Of a stretch of 64,000 bases of DNA, positions 55,661-64,000 are shown piece by piece. The DNA is from Candidatus Aenigmatarchaeota archaeon (GTDB taxonomy: Archaea; Aenigmatarchaeota; Aenigmatarchaeia; CG10238-14; SCSR01), in assembly GCA_038999725.1 (NCBI GenBank), contig JAWBWS010000001.1, positions 96,001 to 160,000 of the forward strand, in the 5' to 3' direction. A model generated the notes under the pieces. It was given only the letters and a program-made list of their open reading frames with translations. It did not search any database and was not told the DNA's origin. The position numbers and the translations under genes are program-made. The stretch's first letter is position 1; the number at the start of each line of letters is the position of its first letter.

Positions 55661-58072
55661 TTAAAATTTAAGTTCAAAAATCTTTACTTCTGGATTTGAA
55701 TATTTGAGTTCAAAGTGCTTAAGTTTTGGTATGTCAAATTCTTCCACTCCATTGCCGTTGAAAAAGAACATGTTTGTGAATATCGCTCTCTCTATATTTT
55801 CATCCATGAAAATAACCACTCTAAAACTTGGGTCAACAAAAATTAGACCATTCAGCGTTGCATTCTCTATTCTTTGGTTTATTTGTTGACCTTGATAAAA
55901 GTATACCATATCTTTGATTATTGCATTTCTTATTCCTTGCCAAGGAATGTTTAGAATGGCTATAAGCTTGTTATCTTTTTGAAGTAGAGAAATTATTCCA
56001 TTACCATATTCCAAAATTCCTTTTTCCTGATTGTAATTTGTTAATCCTAGTTGAATGAAGTTTCTACCCTCACCCACCCCTTTTCTCTCATCATAACTAC
56101 CAAAGAAACTGAGCCAATAGTATTTTCCTATTAAATCCGAGCTTGCTATCACATACATTTTGTCTGCTGGCTTACAAGGGTCTTCTTTGAGAATGTTATC
56201 ATAGATTATATCACCAAAAGTTTCTTTAACCTTTTTACATTGTTCTGAAGAAAGAAGGGTGTATTTCTTAAGTATCGCTACCGCCTCGGTTTCGTTGCTT
56301 GTCGAAAAAACTCTGCCCATATCACTTATCCTAATATCGTGATTGTATATCACACAATCTTCTGCACAATGAGCACCATCCGCCATAACTTTAAATGGAT
56401 TCCCTTTGTAATAGCTATAGCCAGCTAAAATATGTCCAGGATCCCACCATGTTGCGACTATTGTGTCTTTATCACTATTGGCAACGAGCCAATCTAAAGC
56501 CTCATACCAATTGTTGCTTATTTCCATCCCACTTACTTGACCAAGTTGAATTGAATTGGAAATGAAAAATAAAAGCTGAAAAATAAAAAGGGAAAGAATT
56601 AAAACCTCCATCATCTTTTGCTCTTTCTTGTAGATGAGTAAAAAAGAAATCAAAGAAATTAATAGTAAAGCTGCTGTATCGATTATAGATTTAAGGAAAA
56701 ACTGTTGTAAGAAAATAAGAGCGAACAACAATATCAGAAGTGTGATTGACGGATATTTTTTATAATTTGCTATCATGTACCCACCTGCAACAGCTGCTAC
56801 AATTGAGAATTGTAAGCTAAACCTTACCCCCCTTGAAATGAGTAAAAACATGCTTAAAAGCCAGAAGAAAAAGAAAATTTCCTCTATAGAAATCTTCTCT
56901 TTCTTCCATATCTTATAAAAAGCTAGAGCAAAAATTCCGAAAGAGAGGGTTGTTGGTAAAAGGCCAATTCTACTTGCAACTGAAATAAAACCCTCTCTGC
57001 CCAAAATGTTTATTGGTTGAAGCTCAGCAACTGAGACATTCACTCTAAGAGGCTTCTCTGGAATAATCATAAAAGCAGAAAAGATGAAATAGAAGAATAA
57101 TAAAGAACCGAAAAAAGTAAGGGAAAAATAAAATCTTTTAGAAGCAGATGTTTGCCTCCTAACTAGATTGAAAAAATAACAAACAAAAACTCCATTCCAT
57201 ACTAACAAAACTAATAAAACAAACAACCTTATTACCAAACCCAAACCTGTGAAAGCTATTCCACCAAAGAAGGAAGTAAAAAGTGTGGAATTAAAAATGA
57301 AAAATGAAATGATGTTGGTAAGTAGGGAAATAAGAAATATTGGCCAACCTATTGTATGAATTTCTTCAAATAATTTTCTGATGTTTAATTTGAAAGAAAA
57401 AGAATGAACAAATTCCTCAAAAATGCGGAAAAATGGCAAAATAAATGTGAAGACTGTGAATAAAATCAAAGTTATCCAGCCACCGCCCCAATTCCATACA
57501 AACAGTAAATTAGCAAGAGTTGCGAACAGTATGTAAATTGGCTTTGGTTTTTTGAGAGCAAGCAAAGTAGCAAAAATCGAAAGAAAAAAGTAAAAAACAA
57601 CTGGAGCATCAGAATCACAATAGCCTGCCATGCTCACGCCAATAAAAGAAGGTGTTAAAACTGCAAATAATGCTGTAACTATTCCACCAAAATTATTGCT
57701 CAATAGTTTGCCAAGTAAAAAGGCTGGAATTGGTATTAGTGCTACCATTAACAGTGGGGAGAGAATTGCTGATTGCATAAAATCTGTTGGAGAAAAAATA
57801 TTCAAAAGCTTATGGAAAAAAACTATTGTGTAAGCCCAACCATGGAAAGGCGATACTGGTCTGCCTGGAAAAGAGAAACTTTGTATGTCCCACTTTGGCA
57901 ACTTTAAACTGTTATCCAAAATCATCTTGGCATATCTGTAGAACCACCAGGGATCGTAATCAAGAACTGTTGGTGTACCTAAGCTTGGAGATCTTATCCA
58001 AACAGCTAAATAAATAATTATGCACAAACTTGTTAAACAAAGAAGCATTTCTCCAAACTTATCTATTTTCAT
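55661..58072 (-). CDS. aglB: Oligosaccharyltransferase AglB (STT3 family)
   Basis: DYDPW, DSD, SVAELQP, WWDPGH, many TM helices. Confidence 0.92.
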   Translation of the reverse strand: MKIDKFGEMLLCLTSLCIIIYLAVWIRSPSLGTPTVLDYDPWWFYRYAKMILDNSLKLPKWDIQSFSFPGRPVSPFHGWAYTIVFFHKLLNIFSPTDFMQSAILSPLLMVALIPIPAFLLGKLLSNNFGGIVTALFAVLTPSFIGVSMAGYCDSDAPVVFYFFLSIFATLLALKKPKPIYILFATLANLLFVWNWGGGWITLILFTVFTFILPFFRIFEEFVHSFSFKLNIRKLFEEIHTIGWPIFLISLLTNIISFFIFNSTLFTSFFGGIAFTGLGLVIRLFVLLVLLVWNGVFVCYFFNLVRRQTSASKRFYFSLTFFGSLLFFYFIFSAFMIIPEKPLRVNVSVAELQPINILGREGFISVASRIGLLPTTLSFGIFALAFYKIWKKEKISIEEIFFFFWLLSMFLLISRGVRFSLQFSIVAAVAGGYMIANYKKYPSITLLILLFALIFLQQFFLKSIIDTAALLLISLISFLLIYKKEQKMMEVLILSLFIFQLLFFISNSIQLGQVSGMEISNNWYEALDWLVANSDKDTIVATWWDPGHILAGYSYYKGNPFKVMADGAHCAEDCVIYNHDIRISDMGRVFSTSNETEAVAILKKYTLLSSEQCKKVKETFGDIIYDNILKEDPCKPADKMYVIASSDLIGKYYWLSFFGSYDERKGVGEGRNFIQLGLTNYNQEKGILEYGNGIISLLQKDNKLIAILNIPWQGIRNAIIKDMVYFYQGQQINQRIENATLNGLIFVDPSFRVVIFMDENIERAIFTNMFFFNGNGVEEFDIPKLKHFELKYSNPEVKIFELKF

Positions 58073-58093
58073 ACCAATCAATTAGTATTTCAT

Positions 58094-59263
58094 CTATAAA
58101 GATTTTAATCTAAGCTTCTCGTAAACTTCTAAGTGTTTTTTTACAGAATTTTCCCATGTAAATTTTTTAGTGTATTTTGCCCCTTCTTTTCCCATTCTCT
58201 TAGCTTTTTTCTCATCTATGAGAAGATTAATAATAGCTTTTGCAAGAGCCTTTGAATTTCTAGGTGGAACTAATATGCCTGTCTTACCATCGATTATGAT
58301 TTCTGGGATGCTGCCAGCTTTTGTAGCAACTACTGCTTTACCACATCTTGAAGCTTCTGCATACATGAATCCAAAACCTTCTGCCACAGATGCACCTACC
58401 ACAATATCACACATGGCATAAAATTTTGGGACTTCATTAAATGGCCTTTTACCTGTATAGATAACATACTTTTCAATCCCTAGTTTTTTGATTATGGGTT
58501 TAAGTTCTTCAAAACCAGAACCGCCAAGAACTAATCTAGCATCTCTTAAATGCTGAATTACATATTTTGTTGCTTCCAATAATATGGGAATATTTTTTGA
58601 TTGTCCCACCCCTCTTATAGATAACCTTCCTGTGTATCCAAACAACCTATAATTTTCTAATTTCATTTTTTTTCTCAAATCACTTTTAACATTAGGGTGA
58701 AATAGTCTAAAGTCTATTCCATGTGGAATAACACTTATTCTCTCTTTTGGTGCACCGGCCTTAATCAAAGTTTCTTTAGAATAATTTGAAGGACAAGCAA
58801 ACCAATCATAAGGTAAGGTAGCAATAAACCTTTCTACAAGTGGATAAACTTCTCTTTCAAAAAAATTTCTACCTATTTTCTTCCACAAATCACCAAACAT
58901 TTCATGACACCAAAGTAAACAAGGTCTTTTAGAAAGTTTAGCAACAAACCAGCCAAATGTTCCAGCAACGAAAGTATTAAACTGCAAAACATCCATTTTT
59001 TTTGCTAATTTTATTGCTGAAATTAAACCAGTTAAAGGAAAAAGTTGACGACCAGGAAATAGATAATGTTTAGAAAACAAAATGGGTGTTCGATGAATAT
59101 GAATCCCTTGATAGATTTCATAACCTTTTGTATTTGGTAGTTTGCTTGTAAGCCAATGAACCTCGTGTCCAAGTTTTACTAGTCTAGAAGCTAAATTTAT
59201 TACATACGATTCCCCACCGCCTATGTAGGGTGGCGCTAAGTCAGAGCAAATCATTATTCGCAT
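58094..59263 (-). CDS. GT4-family glycosyltransferase
   Basis: GGGE, GHEVH, EGFGFMYAEA, GSIPEII. Confidence 0.92.
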   Translation of the reverse strand: MRIMICSDLAPPYIGGGESYVINLASRLVKLGHEVHWLTSKLPNTKGYEIYQGIHIHRTPILFSKHYLFPGRQLFPLTGLISAIKLAKKMDVLQFNTFVAGTFGWFVAKLSKRPCLLWCHEMFGDLWKKIGRNFFEREVYPLVERFIATLPYDWFACPSNYSKETLIKAGAPKERISVIPHGIDFRLFHPNVKSDLRKKMKLENYRLFGYTGRLSIRGVGQSKNIPILLEATKYVIQHLRDARLVLGGSGFEELKPIIKKLGIEKYVIYTGKRPFNEVPKFYAMCDIVVGASVAEGFGFMYAEASRCGKAVVATKAGSIPEIIIDGKTGILVPPRNSKALAKAIINLLIDEKKAKRMGKEGAKYTKKFTWENSVKKHLEVYEKLRLKSL

Positions 59264-59338
59264 TAATTAAACCCTAAAGAGTAAATGTATTTACCCATTA
59301 AAATTTATTCTTCTAAAGTTTTTTAATAAAAATTACAT

Positions 59339-59896
59339 TCATTTTATCGCCACACCTTTTATATGGGGGAATGAGATTTTTGCTGGGCAAAAAATTGAAA
59401 CTATTCTGGCAATAAAAACTAAAATTTTAAACAATACCTTGTTCTTAAGAGTTGTGGTCTTATCCTCAAACCACATGTAATCTGTTTTGATATTCTTAAA
59501 TCCAGCTGCCAACAAGTGGTTTTTCAAATGTAATGGTGTGTAGAGAGCATAATGTTTATCTAGAACGCCCTCTCTTATTGAATTTTCATAGTGTTGCCTA
59601 GAATACAAAAATTTAAGTGGAAAGTGAAAGACCCAACATCCAGCATTGTCTGTTATTATAACTATTTTTCCCCCCTTTTTTAATACTCTATGAACTTTTT
59701 TCAAAAAAATATTTGGATTTTTCAAATGCTCAAAAATGAATTTTGCATAAACTTCATCAAATGTGTTCTTCTTATATGGTAATTCATCTTCATCAACATT
59801 ACATTTGATTACATTTGGCCTTGAGGGATAAATGTCAATGAAATCTGTACCGTATGTATCATTCCCACAGCCTACATTTAGTATTCTTTTTCTCAT
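59339..59896 (-). CDS. Class I SAM-dependent methyltransferase
   Basis: ILNVGCG, LPYKKNTFD, FEHL, RVLKKGG; ATG at 59896. Confidence 0.85.
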   Translation of the reverse strand: MRKRILNVGCGNDTYGTDFIDIYPSRPNVIKCNVDEDELPYKKNTFDEVYAKFIFEHLKNPNIFLKKVHRVLKKGGKIVIITDNAGCWVFHFPLKFLYSRQHYENSIREGVLDKHYALYTPLHLKNHLLAAGFKNIKTDYMWFEDKTTTLKNKVLFKILVFIARIVSIFCPAKISFPHIKGVAIK

Positions 59897-59937
59897 AAAC
59901 TCAACAAATTTAATTATAAACTTAAAATAGTTATTAG

Positions 59938-61575
59938 TTGATACTTGTGGGAAGAGAAATAACCATAGAAATAAAACATTTTGAGCTGATGGTCTTAATA
60001 GCTTTTTCTCTACTAGTTTTAACTCTAAACCTTCAAGTTGTTTTAAAGACACCAATAAATTTTGGTGATGAAGGCTTCCATACATATCTTGCTCAAAAAA
60101 TTTGGGAAGAAAAAGAATATTTTGTCTGGGTGCCATTTGAAGGCACGAATTTGATTAAACAAGGTAATACACGTCCACCTTATTGGAATTTACTAGAAGC
60201 TGGTTTCTTCCTTATTTTCGGTTTTAGTGAAGGTGTAGTTAAGTTCTTGACACCATTCATTGCTATGCTTACTGGTATAGTTGTTTACCTTCTTGTCAAA
60301 AAACTTTTTGAGGAAAAAGTTGGCCTAATCTCGGCTATAATAGCAATAACAATCCCTTCTTTTGTCACTTATTCTGTCCTTTTCTACACAGATGTTCTCT
60401 TCACTTTCTTCACAACTTTGGCTTTTTTCCTTTTCTTGCTTTCGCAAAAAGAAAACAATAAAAAGTATTTCTGGCTTTCTGCAGTTTTTGCAGCTTTAGC
60501 TTTTTTAACAAAAATACCTGGAATCGCCTTTTATATTTTTTATGGTCTTGCTGCTTTGTATGAATTGGTAAAATTTAGGAAACCTTTAGAAACTTTTAAG
60601 AAATATTTGCCTGTTGTTGGTATTTTGTTGTTTGTGCCTGCAAGCTTCTTCATTAGAAATTACTATTACTTTGATACTCCATTTTGTTACAAAATCCCTT
60701 ACATAGGAGTTTTTGATGTTTCTGGTTGTAGCATAAACAAATTCAAGAACCAGTATGAGTTTGCGGGTAGAGTAGAGCAAACTGGAACAGAAGCAAGTGT
60801 GTACCAAATTGGAATAATAAGCTACTTAGATTTCGCTTATGGCTCTCTTTGGCTTGTGGTTCTTGGTACAATAGGTGGATTTTTGCTATTGTTTGAAAAA
60901 AGAGATGTAGTCAGTATTTACACCCTTTTATTCTTGCTCCTATTCTTCTTACTTTTCCCATTTGTTGTTGGGAGAGCAGAAGATACTGCAAGATATACTT
61001 TGGGTTGGGCTCCTCTATTTGCTTTTCTTGCTGGTATATGGTATTCTAAAACTTATGAGTTTCTGGAAAAAACTCAAAAATATCTTGGTTTTCTTGTTTT
61101 ACTTTTTGTCTTTTTCTTGAGTTACATGAATGCTTCAAACAAACTCAGTGTAATGGCTCAAGTTAAGCAGTTTTCACCAACTTTCTTTGAGGCTTGTAAT
61201 TGGGTAAAGACAAATCTTACAGAAAACGTGAGCTTGTATACAGTTTGGGCACATCGTGCCATTTACAATTGCCAAAGGAATGCTGTTGGTACTGGAACTG
61301 TGCCTGATATAGCTTTAAGTAAAGATTTGAATAAAACCTTAGAAGCTGCTAAAGCAAATGGTATAACCCATATTTTCATACAAAAGTTTAGTATTGACCC
61401 TGCCAATCAACACTATGTGGAAAGGTATGATTTGGGTTTCATCGAATTTTTAGAAGCTAACCCTGAACATTTTGTTAAAGTTTATGAGAATGGTGCTTCT
61501 CTTGAGGAATGTAAACAATACTGGCAAGCTGGATATTCTTGTGACGGAAACATAATTTATGAGATAAAGTGGTGA
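59938..61575 (+). CDS. GT-C membrane glycosyltransferase (ArnT/PMT-like)
   Basis: GDEGFH, RPP, YTD, LTK, RY motifs across many TM helices; extracellular C-terminal domain. Confidence 0.8.
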   Translation: MILVGREITIEIKHFELMVLIAFSLLVLTLNLQVVLKTPINFGDEGFHTYLAQKIWEEKEYFVWVPFEGTNLIKQGNTRPPYWNLLEAGFFLIFGFSEGVVKFLTPFIAMLTGIVVYLLVKKLFEEKVGLISAIIAITIPSFVTYSVLFYTDVLFTFFTTLAFFLFLLSQKENNKKYFWLSAVFAALAFLTKIPGIAFYIFYGLAALYELVKFRKPLETFKKYLPVVGILLFVPASFFIRNYYYFDTPFCYKIPYIGVFDVSGCSINKFKNQYEFAGRVEQTGTEASVYQIGIISYLDFAYGSLWLVVLGTIGGFLLLFEKRDVVSIYTLLFLLLFFLLFPFVVGRAEDTARYTLGWAPLFAFLAGIWYSKTYEFLEKTQKYLGFLVLLFVFFLSYMNASNKLSVMAQVKQFSPTFFEACNWVKTNLTENVSLYTVWAHRAIYNCQRNAVGTGTVPDIALSKDLNKTLEAAKANGITHIFIQKFSIDPANQHYVERYDLGFIEFLEANPEHFVKVYENGASLEECKQYWQAGYSCDGNIIYEIKW

Positions 61576-61671
61576 GATGATATTGTCGATTGATATTTAT
61601 TGATTTTTAGATAAAATTTTTGTTCTTCACTCTTTGTATCAGAATTAGATTGTTTTTTAAATGATAGTATA

Positions 61672-63180
61672 CTAAGTAAACCTTGAAATAAATTTAGCTA
61701 AAAATAATATTTGTTTTTTGAATAAAGGGGATTTTGAAGCAAAAAATTCTAGAATTATAACATCTTCTTTAATGTAAAATTTTAGTAGAATTAAAACTTC
61801 TATATAAATTAATCCAGCTATAATAGTTAAAAAAATTCCAGCTAATAAACCTGAAGTGAAACTAGTTGTTACATATAGAAAACTAAAAGAAATTAAGCTT
61901 GCCAAGATTAACTTTCCTATGCTTCCCCAAACCAATTTCACTTCTAGATTTTTTCTTATGTAATAAAAGCTAAGTAAAGTTAGAATTGTTGTTGCCAAAA
62001 TATAAGCTATAGCTAATCCTAAAGCCGAAAAAACCAAAATTAAAGGAACAGCAAAAATAAAAAATAAAAAAGTTGTGACAATTACTATATTTCTATTGAT
62101 CTTTATTTTTCCTATTGCATAGAGATTATAAAGAAAAACATTTCCTAAGCCATAGACTACAGAACTTAAAGCTAAAATTGGAAATAGTTGAGATGCTGGT
62201 AAATATTCTACTCTTGAAAAAATTAAAATTATTGGTTTAGAGAATAACATTAAAAATAAAGCTACTGGTAGAGCAAGAAATAAAGCATATCTGAAAACTA
62301 ATTCTATTAAGTGGCTTACTTTCTTCTTTGAGTTACGGTCAATAGAAAGTTGAGAGGTTATTGGTAGCAAAGCTGAAGTTAGGGTTTGAGGTATTACTGT
62401 TATAGGATATGTTAAAATCATTGCTATGGTAAAAATTCCAGTAGTTTCTGGGTTTTTAAGAATTGTTAGTAAAACGTATTGACCATTTAAAAATATTATC
62501 CAGGCTAAGTTCGCAATAAAAGTTGGTAAAGCATAGTCAAAGAAAATTTTTTTCTTGTTTATTTTTCCCAACATCCCTTTAAAAGGGATAAAGAAAAATC
62601 TAAGTAAAGTAATTACAAGAAATCCGATTAAAAATCCTACTAACGGTCCTAAATAGCCTAAACCAAAAAAAATTAGAATTGTGGATATCGAAACTTTAGC
62701 CAATTGCCCCCACCAATCTGTTTCTAAAAATATTTTCATATCTTGAAATCCGTAAATTATCGTCCCAAATTGAGTTGATAGGGAAATGATGAAAAGGGTT
62801 ATAGCCGTCAGCCAAATTGCAATTAAGGGAGTTTTTAGAATTGATTGAAAGAAAGATGAAAAAGAAAACAGAACTAAAACAAAAAATAAATTGGAAATTA
62901 ATATTACCTTAAGAGAGAACCTTATCAAAGAATTTATTTTTCCTTTTTGTTTTTTTGCTAAATATTCTGGTATTAATTTCCAGGTTGCGGTATTTAATCC
63001 AAGTAAACTAACACCAGATAAAACTATTGCCAAGTTAACAGAAGTTGAAACTATTCCGTATTCTTCTGGCAACAAAGTTTTTCCAGCTATAGACCAATAG
63101 AGAAATCCCATAGAAGTTAAAATAAGCCAATCTAGAAAAAGATAAACCGTGTTTGATATCAATTTTTCACTTACGCTCAT
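61672..63180 (-). CDS. Oligosaccharide flippase (MOP/Wzx-like)
   Basis: About 14 TM helices; LLPEEYG, TGIFTIA, LLPITS. Confidence 0.85.
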   Translation of the reverse strand: MSVSEKLISNTVYLFLDWLILTSMGFLYWSIAGKTLLPEEYGIVSTSVNLAIVLSGVSLLGLNTATWKLIPEYLAKKQKGKINSLIRFSLKVILISNLFFVLVLFSFSSFFQSILKTPLIAIWLTAITLFIISLSTQFGTIIYGFQDMKIFLETDWWGQLAKVSISTILIFFGLGYLGPLVGFLIGFLVITLLRFFFIPFKGMLGKINKKKIFFDYALPTFIANLAWIIFLNGQYVLLTILKNPETTGIFTIAMILTYPITVIPQTLTSALLPITSQLSIDRNSKKKVSHLIELVFRYALFLALPVALFLMLFSKPIILIFSRVEYLPASQLFPILALSSVVYGLGNVFLYNLYAIGKIKINRNIVIVTTFLFFIFAVPLILVFSALGLAIAYILATTILTLLSFYYIRKNLEVKLVWGSIGKLILASLISFSFLYVTTSFTSGLLAGIFLTIIAGLIYIEVLILLKFYIKEDVIILEFFASKSPLFKKQILFLAKFISRFT

Positions 63181-63193
63181 TTGTATCCCTTTA

Positions 63194-64000
63194 TTATATT
63201 TTTATGAAAAATATGAAAGATAGAAAACCTATGAAAAACTGGACCAGAAGTAAAATCTTTACGATTGTTTTTTCTTTCACTCTAAAATAATATGGTAATA
63301 TCCAATAAATTGTATAAGGGTTTGGTGGTTTAATGTATCCATTCTTATCAACATCAGCAAATTTTTTATATGGTTTGTGTTTTATTTGCCAATATACAAA
63401 TAGAAAAAAATTAATCAAGTAAAGGGAAGAAAGACTTAAAAGAAATTTTTCCATATTTCCTATTATTGCCATACTTACTAAAACTGTTCCTATTGTAAAC
63501 GTGCCTACATCGCCAGGAAAGACTTTTGCAGGATACCAATTGAATTTTAAAAAAGCAAGTAAAGAACCTAAAAGTATTAAAGAAGTGAAGAAAATTAATT
63601 CATTCCCTATTAAATGACTTACGATCAAAAACCAGAAAGCGTTAATAGCCCCCAAACCTGCTTCTAACCCATTATATCCAGCCAACATGTTTACCATATT
63701 TACTAAACCTACAACCCCAAGTGGTATTATCAAGAAAGTGTAAATATTACCCAAATCTATGGGCCCGAAAAAAGGAATATCAACTATAGTATAGCCAACC
63801 CTAGCTATCATTAAAGGAAGGGCAATAATTAAAGGAAGTATGAGTTTGTTCCTCCATCTTATTTCTATAAGCTGATCTTGAAGACCTAAAAGACCAGCAA
63901 TCAGAATCGAAGAAAAAATTGAAAAAAACTTTAAATTGGTGGTGGTGTTTTGTATGGTTAGCCACAAACCGTAAATTAACAAACAAATTATAATAGAAAA
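63194..64000 (-). CDS. UDP-GlcNAc:dolichyl-phosphate GlcNAc-1-P transferase (AglH/MraY family), 5'-truncated
   Basis: NMVNMLAGYNGLEAG, FNWYPAKVFPGDVGT; frame is open to the window end. Confidence 0.9.
   Translation of the reverse strand, partial: FSIIICLLIYGLWLTIQNTTTNLKFFSIFSSILIAGLLGLQDQLIEIRWRNKLILPLIIALPLMIARVGYTIVDIPFFGPIDLGNIYTFLIIPLGVVGLVNMVNMLAGYNGLEAGLGAINAFWFLIVSHLIGNELIFFTSLILLGSLLAFLKFNWYPAKVFPGDVGTFTIGTVLVSMAIIGNMEKFLLSLSSLYLINFFLFVYWQIKHKPYKKFADVDKNGYIKPPNPYTIYWILPYYFRVKEKTIVKILLLVQFFIGFLSFIFFIKI

Noticed and set aside
59897..60136. Track's N-terminal extension of the methyltransferase
   Set aside because: It overlaps the divergent GT-C gene; the domain begins at MRKRILNVGCG.
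1..64000. CRISPR array, IS element, integrase, rRNA or stop-codon recoding
   Set aside because: I saw no regularly spaced repeats, transposase or integrase motifs, or rRNA-like segments, and conserved genes are uninterrupted. This was a by-eye scan, so short elements could be missed.

Overview
AT-rich, tightly packed archaeal DNA. Gene content (histone, Alba, RadA, eS1/uS15, AglB, Dph5, TFE-like protein, AMP-pathway RuBisCO) suggests a DPANN archaeon, possibly Aenigmatarchaeota-like; that lineage call is inference. From left to right: a partial geranylgeranyl-reductase-like gene, pcm, an AMP-salvage operon (R15P isomerase, form III RuBisCO, AMP phosphorylase) and alba. Next is a ~35 kb type IV/Tad-like pilus region (5.4-40.8 kb) with one assembly ATPase, two fused platform proteins and about 23 pilin-like genes, five of which are tiny ORFs missing from the ORF track. 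The rest holds housekeeping genes, tRNA-Leu, a two-intron tRNA-Cys next to cysS, a class II ribonucleotide reductase with cobO, and an N-glycosylation cluster. Main discovery candidate: a four-gene minor-pilin cassette present twice, once plain (29-30.6 kb) and once 'armed' (5.4-11.4 kb). In the armed copy the paralogous pilins carry a metzincin protease, an inserted vWA domain, an inserted Ca-loop beta-propeller and a Cys-rich domain, which would suit a host-attachment or host-penetration pilus tip. Other notable points are two pilin genes that need ATA/ATT starts and a set of leaderless pilin-like genes. All family assignments come from motifs read by eye; no searches were run.
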